Under the pieces are notes generated by a model. The model did not search any database. It saw nothing but the letters and a program-made list of their open reading frames with translations, and was not told where the DNA came from. Positions 18,503-28,272 of a DNA stretch of 64,000 nucleotides are shown in pieces (position 1 is the stretch's first letter; every line of letters starts with the position of its first letter). Source of the DNA: Parcubacteria group bacterium (GTDB lineage Bacteria > Patescibacteriota > Minisyncoccia > Phycocordibacterales > Zambryskibacteraceae); contig JAQBRH010000004.1 in the NCBI GenBank assembly GCA_028286565.1, positions 122,168-186,167 of the forward strand, in the 5' to 3' direction. Position numbers and translations under genes: made by a program.

Positions 18503-18991
18503 TTACTTTAAAGTAACTTTTCCTCCAGCTTCTTCGATTCGCTTCTTCAATTCTGCGGCTTCTTCGTTCTTCATATCGGTCTTCAACATAGAAGGAGCTG
18601 CGTCGACGAGATCCTTGGCTTCCTTGAGGCCGAGTCCGAGGATTTCCTTGACCACCTTGATGACGGCGATCTTGTTCGCACCGCCGTCGGTGAGCTCAAC
18701 GTTCGCGGTCGACTTTGCGTCTTCTGCAGGACCCGCTGCGGCGGCCGGGCCGGCTGCGGCGACGGCGGTAGCCGAGACGCCGAACTTCTCTTCGAATACC
18801 TTGACGAGTTCGTTAAGGTCGAGGACAGACATCTCTTCGATCTCCTTTACGATCTTTGAGAACTTCGCAGGAACTGCGACTTCTTTCTCCGCCTTGGCTT
18901 CAGGCTTAACTTCCGCCTTAGCCTCTGCTTTGGCCTCGGGAGCGGGAGCGGCAGTTTCCTCCGCCGGTGCTGTGTTTGTAGTGTCGTCCAT
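18503..18991 (-). CDS. rplL: 50S ribosomal protein L7/L12 (N-terminal extension)
   Basis: ELVK.FEEKFGVSA, KIAVIK.V, LGLKEAKDLV, AGGKVTLK. Confidence 0.98.
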   Translation of the reverse strand: MDDTTNTAPAEETAAPAPEAKAEAKAEVKPEAKAEKEVAVPAKFSKIVKEIEEMSVLDLNELVKVFEEKFGVSATAVAAAGPAAAAGPAEDAKSTANVELTDGGANKIAVIKVVKEILGLGLKEAKDLVDAAPSMLKTDMKNEEAAELKKRIEEAGGKVTLK

Positions 18992-19009
18992 TGTGGTAAT
19001 TTTAATTTA

Positions 19010-19498
19010 TTAAGACTTCTTCTCTGCTATCTGACCGAGCGCGATAGCGAAACGCTGTATCGGAGAATTGATGATGTTCACGAACATGCCTCGGAGCACC
19101 GGAGTGGTCGGGATCGTAGCGATCCCCTCCATCTCGGACTTCGACATGTATCTTCCTTCGAAAACTCCGCCGAGGATCTTCAATCCTTCAGGGAATTTCT
19201 TCTGGAATCCGTAGACTCCTCTCGCCGGAGCGATGAGGTCATCGGACCAGGCCATAGCGAGCTCGCCTGTGAGTTCGGGCTGAGCGCCTTCGAACTTTTC
19301 GGAATCGAGCACGCGCTTGGTCAAGGATTTCTTGGCCACCGAGTACGACACTCCCTCTGTTTTGAGGGTGCGGCGCATGGCGGAAGCCTGCGAAACCTTG
19401 AGGCCGTGGAAGTTGACGAAGACGAGGGACTTGGCGCTCTTTAGAGCATCCGCGAGCTTGTCTACAATTTCTCCTTTCTTGGCTTTGGATATTGCCAT
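19010..19498 (-). CDS. rplJ: 50S ribosomal protein L10
   Basis: MAISK.KK, F.GL.V, V.KK.L, ILGG.FEG. Confidence 0.95.
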   Translation of the reverse strand: MAISKAKKGEIVDKLADALKSAKSLVFVNFHGLKVSQASAMRRTLKTEGVSYSVAKKSLTKRVLDSEKFEGAQPELTGELAMAWSDDLIAPARGVYGFQKKFPEGLKILGGVFEGRYMSKSEMEGIATIPTTPVLRGMFVNIINSPIQRFAIALGQIAEKKS

Positions 19499-19515
19499 GC
19501 TGTTAATGGTTAACG

Positions 19516-19630
19516 AACAAAAAAAGACCCATATAAGGCCTCGACATCCACATATGAAATGGGAGTGAGAGAGATCTCGGAAGGAGCTTAGTACCCTTGC
19601 GGGCTGCCTTCTGTCTTCGACCTTACGGGG
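19516..19630 (-). promoter_or_regulatory. L10 leader (autoregulatory RNA) with attenuator-like hairpin
   Basis: CGAAGACAGAAGG...UAA..CCUUCCGAG upstream of rplJ, followed by a hairpin and U7. Confidence 0.8.
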
Positions 19631-19682
19631 ATTACTTTATAGGAAAACGGAGAAAAGTCAAATAAAAAAATCCTGACCGTAG

Positions 19683-19958
19683 TCAGGAAACTTGGGATAC
19701 AACTCTCAGGCCCAGTCGCGCCGCATGGAAGCGCCGATAGGAAGAAATGTTCGGGATAGTCTCCGTAAGCTCTCGGAGCTTTTTGTGAAGCTCATCCGGA
19801 TTGTAGCGGATAAAAGCTCTCCGACTACCGCCTCTTCTTTCTACGCACCAGAGGCAGAAGTCGAGATACAGCCATTCCGCAAGACCGAAGATCGCAAGGG
19901 CAAAGAATACATAAGACGCAGCCAATGGGCGCATACGCTCCTCTCTGAGAAAGGACAT
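19683..19958 (-). CDS. hypothetical membrane-anchored protein
   Basis: 91 aa with one hydrophobic segment; terminator downstream. Confidence 0.45.
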   Translation of the reverse strand: MSFLREERMRPLAASYVFFALAIFGLAEWLYLDFCLWCVERRGGSRRAFIRYNPDELHKKLRELTETIPNISSYRRFHAARLGLRVVSQVS

Positions 19959-20014
19959 GGGTCTAAAGCCAGACTATCTTAATTAAAATAAAAAGCAAAT
20001 AAAAAAGCACGAAA

Positions 20015-20290
20015 TTATTCGCGCTGAGCGGGAACGTAATGTTCGACGGTGCAGGCAGAAACACTCTCGATCGCAAGGGGGTTTTTCGCCCGCAGCGTAT
20101 TGCATCGCTTGAGCAGAAGTTCTGCACGCTGCTGAATGAAGACTGTGGGCGCGTCCGTCTGAGCGAGGACGAGCAAGTGGCCAATGTCAGAGATGATCTT
20201 GCGCCGAAGCTTGAGTCTCTCAGGATCAGCTCTGTTAGCCTGAGCATCCTCTTCTGCGGTGGGCATTTCGTCGATATCGGGACCGGGCAT
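20015..20290 (-). CDS. hypothetical protein
   Basis: 91 aa; TTGACA upstream, GAGG SD. Confidence 0.5.
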   Translation of the reverse strand: MPGPDIDEMPTAEEDAQANRADPERLKLRRKIISDIGHLLVLAQTDAPTVFIQQRAELLLKRCNTLRAKNPLAIESVSACTVEHYVPAQRE

Positions 20291-20398
20291 TGTGTCCTCA
20301 CTGGTAAAAGAGCGTGTACCTTACTCCTTTAAGAAATATCATTTCAACCAACTAATGTCAATCAAAAAACTCGGGGATTTTTGAATTTTAAACGTGTA

Positions 20399-20737
20399 TT
20401 ACTTCGGTTCAACAATTACCGCTGTGCCGTAGGCGAGGACTTCGGTGACGCCCTGCATCAGCTCTGTGGTGTCGTATTTGAACCCTATGACGGCGTTTGC
20501 GCCCATTTCTGCAGCATGGGTGAGCATCAGGTCAAAAGCATCTTCTCTGGTCTTCTCGCAGAGTTCGGTCAGGATCGTGATGTTCCCTCCGATGAGAGTC
20601 TGGAGCCCCGCTCCGATCGATCCGACGATCGAACGCGAACGCACAATGATGCCTCGAGAAATACCGATATTCTTTACTACCTTATACGCATCGAGCTCGA
20701 ACGCTGTGGTCACCATGTTGTGGGGTATTGTTGTCAT
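20399..20737 (-). CDS. YbjQ/UPF0145 family protein
   Basis: GISRGIIVRSR, GANAVIG..YD, EVLAYGTAV. Confidence 0.92.
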   Translation of the reverse strand: MTTIPHNMVTTAFELDAYKVVKNIGISRGIIVRSRSIVGSIGAGLQTLIGGNITILTELCEKTREDAFDLMLTHAAEMGANAVIGFKYDTTELMQGVTEVLAYGTAVIVEPK

Positions 20738-20809
20738 AAACCTATTTTAACACAAGCAAAAATCAATTTTTACGTGAGATATCCCAGGAGAGAAGGGATA
20801 AATTAAACC

Positions 20810-21103
20810 TCAGGAAGTCCAAATGGAACTGATAATCCAAACTGAACCGAGGATCAGGATGACCGCAGAGACTCCAAACAAAGTAATAAATCTTCCCTCT
20901 TGTTGTTTTCTGACTTCACTCACCAGTCCCACAATCAGTCCAAGAATTGCAACAATAGCTACGATTATCGCAGCACCGTAAATGCCAAAAGCGACTCCGA
21001 AGCCTTCCGCACCGCTAGCTGTATTGCTTTCGTATATCCAAAAGAATAAATGCACAACTACCACAGCTATAAGTGAAAGAAACACCTTGGTAATTATTTT
21101 CAT
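20810..21103 (-). CDS. small three-TM membrane protein
   Basis: MKIITKVFLSLIAVVVVHLFFW...; TATACT 6 nt before ATG21103. Confidence 0.7.
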   Translation of the reverse strand: MKIITKVFLSLIAVVVVHLFFWIYESNTASGAEGFGVAFGIYGAAIIVAIVAILGLIVGLVSEVRKQQEGRFITLFGVSAVILILGSVWIISSIWTS

Positions 21104-21147
21104 ATATACAGTATATACACAAAATCCCCTTGCGGGGACTTTTGTCT

Positions 21148-21183
21148 CCCTCTCCTTTCGTCTAGGAGAGGGGTGGGGTGAGG
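21148..21183. repeat. BoxC-like palindromic repeat, copy 2
   Basis: CCCTCTCC..CTAGGAGAGGGGTGGGGTGAGG abutting the rplB stop; terminator at about 21119-21144. Confidence 0.6.
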
Positions 21184-22023
21184 TTATTTCTTTCCGACCT
21201 TTCGTCTTCGGACGATGAATTTGTTCGAGTATTTCTTTGCTCGGCGGGATTTCTGGCCCTTTCCGGTCGGCTTGCCGTAGATAGAGATCGCTCGGCGTCG
21301 TCCTCGACCCTGGCGGCCTTCTCCTCCTCCGTGCGGGTGGTCGACGGGGTTCATGGCCGTACCGCGGACGGTAGGGCGAATGCCAAGCCATCGTGAGCGT
21401 CCGGCCTTCCCGAGGTTTGTGAGGCGGTTCTCATCGTTCGAGACCTCGCCGATGGTTGCCCAGGCGTTCTCAGGGACCTTCCTCACTTCGCTCGAAGGCA
21501 TCTTGATGTCCACGTAGCCTCCGTCCTTGGCCGAGACCTCGACATAGTTCCCTCCTGATCGAGCTACTCGCGCGCCTCCTTGAGACTTGAGCTCGACGTT
21601 GTAGATAAATGTTCCGACGGGGATGTTTTTGAGGGGAAGCTTGTTGCCGGGAACGAGCGGAGCATTATCTGAAGCGATGAAAGTATCTCCGACCTTCACA
21701 TTCTTCGGGAGAAGGGCGTATCGCCTCTCTCCGTCCTTGTAGGCCACGAGTCCGATGAATCCCGAGCGGTTCGGATCGTATTCAACGGTCTTCACGGTGA
21801 AGGGGACGTTCGGCTTGTTGTATGTAAAATCAATGTCTCGGAACAATCTTTTGTGCCCGCCACCCTTGTGTCGAGTAGTGATGCGCCCGGTGTTGTTGCG
21901 TCCGTTCGCTCGGCGAAAACCGGTGGTAAGGGACTTCAAAGGCTCGCTCTTCGTCAAGAACTTCTTGAATTCGACGTGAGTCGTTTGTCGGTTCGATTTG
22001 GTTGTGGGTTTGTATCGTTTCAT
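21184..22023 (-). CDS. rplB: 50S ribosomal protein L2
   Basis: GRNNTGRITTRHKGGGHKR, EYDPNRS, AMNPVDHPHGGGEGR. Confidence 0.99.
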   Translation of the reverse strand: MKRYKPTTKSNRQTTHVEFKKFLTKSEPLKSLTTGFRRANGRNNTGRITTRHKGGGHKRLFRDIDFTYNKPNVPFTVKTVEYDPNRSGFIGLVAYKDGERRYALLPKNVKVGDTFIASDNAPLVPGNKLPLKNIPVGTFIYNVELKSQGGARVARSGGNYVEVSAKDGGYVDIKMPSSEVRKVPENAWATIGEVSNDENRLTNLGKAGRSRWLGIRPTVRGTAMNPVDHPHGGGEGRQGRGRRRAISIYGKPTGKGQKSRRAKKYSNKFIVRRRKVGKK

Positions 22024-22054
22024 CGCTGTTTTTTATTGCTCGCGGGCTCGCAGA

Positions 22055-22348
22055 TTATATGACGTCGATCTTATCGTCCTTTTTCAAATAGACGTAGGCC
22101 TTCTTGCCGCCGCCCTTCACTCCCCGCTTGCCGCCTCGAAAGACCTTCTTTGTTGGGATGGCGAGGAGGCGAACCTTGATCGGAGTGACCTTGTAGGCGT
22201 CCTTGATCGAAGCGATGACGGATCTATGCGTCGCATCTTCGGTCACTTCGAATACGTAGACCCGATCCTTGTCCGCCTTCAAAGCCGCCTTCTCGGTGAT
22301 GCGAGGGCGAAGGAGAACGGTAGCCGGTTTGATGTGGATCTGGGTCAT
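22055..22348 (-). CDS. rplW: 50S ribosomal protein L23
   Basis: P.ITEKA, KKAYV.L. Confidence 0.95.
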   Translation of the reverse strand: MTQIHIKPATVLLRPRITEKAALKADKDRVYVFEVTEDATHRSVIASIKDAYKVTPIKVRLLAIPTKKVFRGGKRGVKGGGKKAYVYLKKDDKIDVI

Positions 22349-22349
22349 G

Positions 22350-23126
22350 TTATTTCTTTGAAGCGGTTACCTTCTTGGCCTTGCTCTTCGAAGCCTTTGG
22401 CGTAGTAGGGGCTTTCTTCTCCCTGCCCGCAACGCTCTCGCTTGCGAGGCGGGCGGGTCCTCCAAAATAATTCTTGCCCGGAAGGAGGTCGATCGAGACC
22501 GAAGGGTTTTCGATCACAACGTATTTATATTTAAGAAGCGCAAGCGGATGGAGGTTTCGGGTTTCAACGACCTCGAAGTTGCCGAGGTTGCCCATGGCTC
22601 TCTCGACATCCTTGTTCTTCGTTGAAAGGGCGACGATGGCCGAGTTGTTTCTCTTTGAGACCAATGTCTCGAACCCCTTGATGCCGGCGAATCCTTTCAT
22701 GAGCGCGATCGCATTTTTTGTCTTTGGTTCGGTCATGCCGATCGAATCAACAAAGAGCACTTCCCCGTCCTTGAACTTGCGCGAAAGGAGGGTGAAGAAG
22801 GCCTTGGCCTTCATCTTCTTCGAGATCTTCCTCTCGAAGTTCTTCTCGTTTCGTGGTCCGTGGGTGATACCTCCGCCGACCCAGATAGGAGATCGAGTAG
22901 ATCCGTGTCGGGCACGGCCGGTTCCCTTCTGCTGCCACGGCTTCTTACCTCCTCCGCGGACCTCAGAACGATCCTTGGTATGAGCGATGGCCTTGCGCTT
23001 CGAGGATTCGAGCGAGGTCGCTACCTGGTGGACAAGGTCGGAGTTCCAGTGCAAGCCGAAGAGATTCTCCGGGAGGGAGACTGAGCTGACCGCTTTGGCA
23101 TTCTTGTCGTAGACTTTTGCTTCCAT
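22350..23126 (-). CDS. rplD: 50S ribosomal protein L4
   Basis: TKDRSEVRGGGKKPWQQKGTGRARHGS. Confidence 0.98.
   Translation of the reverse strand: MEAKVYDKNAKAVSSVSLPENLFGLHWNSDLVHQVATSLESSKRKAIAHTKDRSEVRGGGKKPWQQKGTGRARHGSTRSPIWVGGGITHGPRNEKNFERKISKKMKAKAFFTLLSRKFKDGEVLFVDSIGMTEPKTKNAIALMKGFAGIKGFETLVSKRNNSAIVALSTKNKDVERAMGNLGNFEVVETRNLHPLALLKYKYVVIENPSVSIDLLPGKNYFGGPARLASESVAGREKKAPTTPKASKSKAKKVTASKK
22422..22457. repeat. 36-bp palindromic element in frame within rplD (PARLASESVAGR)
   Basis: CCTGCCCGC-AACGCTCTCGCTTGCGAG-GCGGGCGGG; 12 codons in the C-terminal tail. Confidence 0.65.
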
Positions 23127-23127
23127 G

Positions 23128-23760
23128 TTACTTGTTTATTTTTGGAGAAAGGGATTTGATCTCGACGAGGGTTCCGCGTCGTCCGGGAACGGCTCCGCCG
23201 ATCATGATCTCGTGCGTTTCAGGCACGATCTTCACGATCTTGAGGTTCTTGACCGTCACACGGTCCCCTCCCATGCGGCCTGCCATGCGCATACCGGCCA
23301 TGACTCGGCCTCCGGCTCGTCCGCCGCCTCCGATGGATCCAGGCTCGCGTTCGGAGTGCTTCTGACCGTGTGAGCGTCGGCCTCCTTTAAAGCCGTGCCG
23401 CTTTACTACTCCCTGAAATCCCTTGCCTTTGGAAATGGCAGTCACTGAGACCGTATCCCCTTCGGCAAAGATCGAGAGATCGATCGTGTCCCCGACGTTC
23501 AATGTTTCCGCATCCGTCAGGCGATACTCCTTCAGGTGAGCGTGCTTCGCTCCCTTCATGTGGCCGAGGATCGCTTTGGTGATGTTCTTCTCGCGCTTTT
23601 CACCAAACCCGATCTGGGCCGCTTTGTATCCGTCTCTCGTCATGTCCTTCAAAGCGACGACGGTCGAAGGGGTCGCCGAAAGCACCGTGACCGGATAGGT
23701 CAGGCCTTGTTCGTCGAAGACTTGGGTCATCGCAACTTTTTTGGCAAGAAGAAATTTCAT
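23128..23760 (-). CDS. rplC: 50S ribosomal protein L3
   Basis: MTQVF, SKGKGFQGVVKRHGF, MAGRMGG, GAVPG. Confidence 0.98.
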   Translation of the reverse strand: MKFLLAKKVAMTQVFDEQGLTYPVTVLSATPSTVVALKDMTRDGYKAAQIGFGEKREKNITKAILGHMKGAKHAHLKEYRLTDAETLNVGDTIDLSIFAEGDTVSVTAISKGKGFQGVVKRHGFKGGRRSHGQKHSEREPGSIGGGGRAGGRVMAGMRMAGRMGGDRVTVKNLKIVKIVPETHEIMIGGAVPGRRGTLVEIKSLSPKINK

Positions 23761-23787
23761 GGCGGTGGAGTCTGTAGAGTTCAGACG

Positions 23788-24153
23788 TTAGATGAGTTTA
23801 ACGTCAATGTTCACTCCTGAGGGAAGACTGAGGTTTGTTAAGGACTCGATGATCTTCGGGGTCGGGTTCACTATATCGATGAGCCGTTTGTGTATTCGCA
23901 TCTCGAATTGTTCTCGCGCGTTCTTGTACACGAATGCAGCTCGGTTCACCGTATAGATCTTTTTCTCCGTCGGCAGAGGGATCGGTCCTTGCACTTCCGC
24001 GTCGAAGCGGAGAGCGGTATCGATGATCTGCTTCACGGAGACATCAAGGATCTTCGACTCATATGCGCGAACGCGTATGCGAAGGAGCGAACGGTCAGGC
24101 GCTGCGGCCTTCGCTTTCGAAGCTTTCTTTTCCTTGGTTGTTTCCTTGGTCAT
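23788..24153 (-). CDS. rpsJ: 30S ribosomal protein S10
   Basis: [22 protein letters not shown]. Confidence 0.97.
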   Translation of the reverse strand: MTKETTKEKKASKAKAAAPDRSLLRIRVRAYESKILDVSVKQIIDTALRFDAEVQGPIPLPTEKKIYTVNRAAFVYKNAREQFEMRIHKRLIDIVNPTPKIIESLTNLSLPSGVNIDVKLI

Positions 24154-24176
24154 TGTAAGGTGCTAGTAGAGGATGC

Positions 24177-25367
<1,191 letters not shown>

Positions 25368-25607
25368 TGTATTTTAAAGTGAGTTAATGAGACGAAGAGA
25401 GCGCGCGAGAACTGTTGCTCTCTTCGGCCCAGAACCGGTAATAAGCGCGCAGTAAAGCCATATACATCTGATTCTTATAAAGATTAGATCTCAAAGAGCC
25501 AAACGAACATAGCACATAACGCGTAAGCGCTATCTTAGCAGAGGGGTCAAAATAGTCAATGCCTTACGGGCTAAAACGGCAGGATAAGAAAAAATCCCAG
25601 CTTTCGG

Positions 25608-25940
25608 CTAGGACGAACGGCGGCGGAACATGAGCGACCGAGAGCTGAACGGCTCTTTGGGCGAATCTCCATAGACCTCGAAGGGAAACTCGGCGGCTTG
25701 AAGCCAGATATTCGTGATCCGGACATGCTCTTCGGTCATGCCAGGGGATCGGCATACCTCGCCGAAGCCATAGGCGGTGATGAGTACCTTGCAAAGGTCC
25801 AAGTCCCCTTCAAAGTGGACGAGCATATTCTCGTACGTCTCCTTGTCCGGCTTGCTCGGTGCTTCTGCGCGCGGTTTTGCGACAGCACCGCAGTCCGAGC
25901 CCACATATGTGGCCACTTCATCTGATCCGGGGTTCGACAT
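25608..25940 (-). CDS. hypothetical protein
   Basis: 110 aa; GAGGT SD. Confidence 0.5.
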   Translation of the reverse strand: MSNPGSDEVATYVGSDCGAVAKPRAEAPSKPDKETYENMLVHFEGDLDLCKVLITAYGFGEVCRSPGMTEEHVRITNIWLQAAEFPFEVYGDSPKEPFSSRSLMFRRRSS

Positions 25941-26010
25941 GCATACCTCTCTTTGGAGTGCGAGTCTGCAGCTACTCTATACCAAGTCAGAGGTAAAAGA
26001 AAAGACCCCG

Positions 26011-26283
26011 TTATTCCGGGGTCACACGCTTGAGGATCACCTTGCCTTCTCTGGTAAGGCGGACTCGATGGGGCTTCTTGTGCTGGACAAAAACCCCGTT
26101 CATCCCTCCAACAATGGATCGCGCCCCTGAAGGAAGGTCGTTGATCTTGCACTCACCGGTCTTCGAGAGGAGGGCGAGGACAACGCGCGCGCCCTCCGCT
26201 TTGAAGAATCGGCTATAATCGGCCAGTTCATCAGGAGTCGGAAGGTCATCCTCGTCCGGGCCTGCAGATGTATACATATGCAT
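26011..26283 (-). CDS. hypothetical protein, possible winged-helix
   Basis: C-terminal VRLTREGK wing-like motif; GGAG SD; start 26283 or 26277. Confidence 0.45.
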   Translation of the reverse strand: MHMYTSAGPDEDDLPTPDELADYSRFFKAEGARVVLALLSKTGECKINDLPSGARSIVGGMNGVFVQHKKPHRVRLTREGKVILKRVTPE

Positions 26284-26370
26284 GTCTCCACAAAGGGTCT
26301 GGGGACACTGTACTGAAACAAAAGACAAAAGAAAAGCCCCTCTCGGGCTCTTACAACCTCTGCCTCCTAT

Positions 26371-28200
26371 TTATCTCATAAGCCTGAACTTGAGGAATTC
26401 CTTGATGGTCATACTTAGCTCCTCTCCCGCCGGCTTAAGGGTCTCGAGCGCCAAAGCGCTCTTAACGGACTCATCGGATGCACTCGCGTCGGCGATCTTC
26501 TGCAAAGCCTCGGCGACGCTAGTGTGCTCCGGATCGATCGAATTGTAGATGCTTTCCGAAACCCCGAGCTCATGGCTCAGTTCTACAGGACTTACTTCAG
26601 ACAAAGGAAGGATAGGTTCATGCAGATCTATAGAATTATCCATGGCCTTCGATATTTCCGGCTTGGTATCCATAAGGCCGTGGAGCTTATTGACCTTCTC
26701 TTGGACGAGATCAGAAATTTTGTACGCGGGCTCGGGAGGAGCTTCGTGGATAGGCAGGACCGGTCCTGCGTGAGGCAAAGCAGTTACAGTTTCTGCCTCG
26801 GGGACGGCTTCATGCACTTCTACCTCCGGGACAAGAGCAGTGTGGGCCGTATCTACTGATGAAAGATCGGCCCTCGCTTCGAGAGCGACCGCTTGGACAT
26901 GCGCTAAATTTTCCCACAGACGATAGAAAGAGGTGGTAATGGTTTCGACCGTGGCCGCAGCTACCAAGGTCTTGCCTGCGAACCGAGCATATCGCGCCGC
27001 CATGGCCAGCCCGTCGACGGTTCCATACTGAGTGACGATCTTATCGAATTCCTGGAGGGTTTTTTCTTGTTTGGCAAAAAGGGCTTGTTTCTTTGTTTCT
27101 TTCTCTCTGGGAGAAAGTTTTGGATTGTTTTCTATTTTTGAAATTTTCTTTTCAAGGCTTTCTACGATCGAACTCACTTCCCTCTTCAGCATGCCTTGAA
27201 CGAATTTGTTCGCTTCCGCCGGAGTAGCTCTGCCCAATCTCTCCATGAGGTCTTTTGGCATCTTCTCTGTATAGGCCTTTTTGAGGTCTTCCGCCGTGAT
27301 TTCATGACCTTGGGATTCATCTTCGGCCTTTGTATAAATATTCCAAGCTTCTTCCTCTGCCTTATCCACATCAGCAAGTCTTGTCTGCTCGATCACCTCT
27401 TCGTTTTGCAGACGGACTTCTAGGGCAGCATCTCCGCCTCTGGCCACTCCGGCGCCGGCAAGCATCACGTAGCGGAGCGGAGAAGCGATGGCGTTGCCCG
27501 CAAAGTCGGCCGCGATACGTCCGTATTTCATCACATTTCCGGCCAAAGAAAGGGCATTCGAGATACGGGCGGTCTTCCCGTTCTTTGCATCAATGCCTTT
27601 TTGATACGCGGCATCGGCATCTTTAGTAAAAGAATCCCTGAGGGCGCCGCACCATTTGTTTACCGGATGATCCTCGCCGATCTTTTTTATCGTGTCCGAA
27701 TTGAACCAGCCGGCAAAGATCCTGTTCTTCTTTTCATCGAGGTTGAAGCCTATCCTATTCAGTCCCCACCCGATCTTTTCCCTTTCCGGAGCAGGGATAG
27801 CCTCTATCTCTGCCGCCGCCTTATCCTCCCAGCTTTCTTCCGATCCTTCTGAGACTTCTGAACTTCCGCCGAATAAAGACTTAGCCTTTCCCCAAAAGGT
27901 TTGCTTCTTGGATTTTTGTCTTTCAGCTACCTTGGTTAAAAATTCCGCTGAAGAATACGTAAAAGCTGGATTCGGGTCCCATGTCTCACCTTTATGAGGG
28001 TGTTTAAGTTCAGGCCCGGTCGGTTCAGGAGCGGGCGCTTCATCTTTTTTGGCCTTTGGCTCTTGTTCGATCGGCATTGCTAGAGAGATCTCTCTTTCGA
28101 GCATCTTCTCTGCTTCTTCTTGAGTAACAGGAATAGGAACTTCCACATCCCTCGGATTTTCTGGAGAATTACTCGAATTGTTCTCGAATCTTTCGGACAT
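26371..28200 (-). CDS. large acidic/coiled-coil hypothetical protein
   Basis: 609 aa, E/K/P-rich; own promoter and terminators. Confidence 0.75.
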   Translation of the reverse strand: MSERFENNSSNSPENPRDVEVPIPVTQEEAEKMLEREISLAMPIEQEPKAKKDEAPAPEPTGPELKHPHKGETWDPNPAFTYSSAEFLTKVAERQKSKKQTFWGKAKSLFGGSSEVSEGSEESWEDKAAAEIEAIPAPEREKIGWGLNRIGFNLDEKKNRIFAGWFNSDTIKKIGEDHPVNKWCGALRDSFTKDADAAYQKGIDAKNGKTARISNALSLAGNVMKYGRIAADFAGNAIASPLRYVMLAGAGVARGGDAALEVRLQNEEVIEQTRLADVDKAEEEAWNIYTKAEDESQGHEITAEDLKKAYTEKMPKDLMERLGRATPAEANKFVQGMLKREVSSIVESLEKKISKIENNPKLSPREKETKKQALFAKQEKTLQEFDKIVTQYGTVDGLAMAARYARFAGKTLVAAATVETITTSFYRLWENLAHVQAVALEARADLSSVDTAHTALVPEVEVHEAVPEAETVTALPHAGPVLPIHEAPPEPAYKISDLVQEKVNKLHGLMDTKPEISKAMDNSIDLHEPILPLSEVSPVELSHELGVSESIYNSIDPEHTSVAEALQKIADASASDESVKSALALETLKPAGEELSMTIKEFLKFRLMR

Positions 28201-28229
28201 GGCAAATATTTTGTAGTTTTAATATAACA

Positions 28230-28253
28230 CAAAAGCCCCGAACGGGGCTTTTG
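28230..28253. terminator. fusA terminator
   Basis: CAAAAGCCCCG-AA-CGGGGCTTTTG. Confidence 0.8.
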
Positions 28254-28272
28254 CTATATCTCGATCCTGTGG

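Noticed and set aside
18291-19013. 240-aa plus-strand ORF
   Set aside because: Antisense shadow of rplL that runs through a terminator and repeats.
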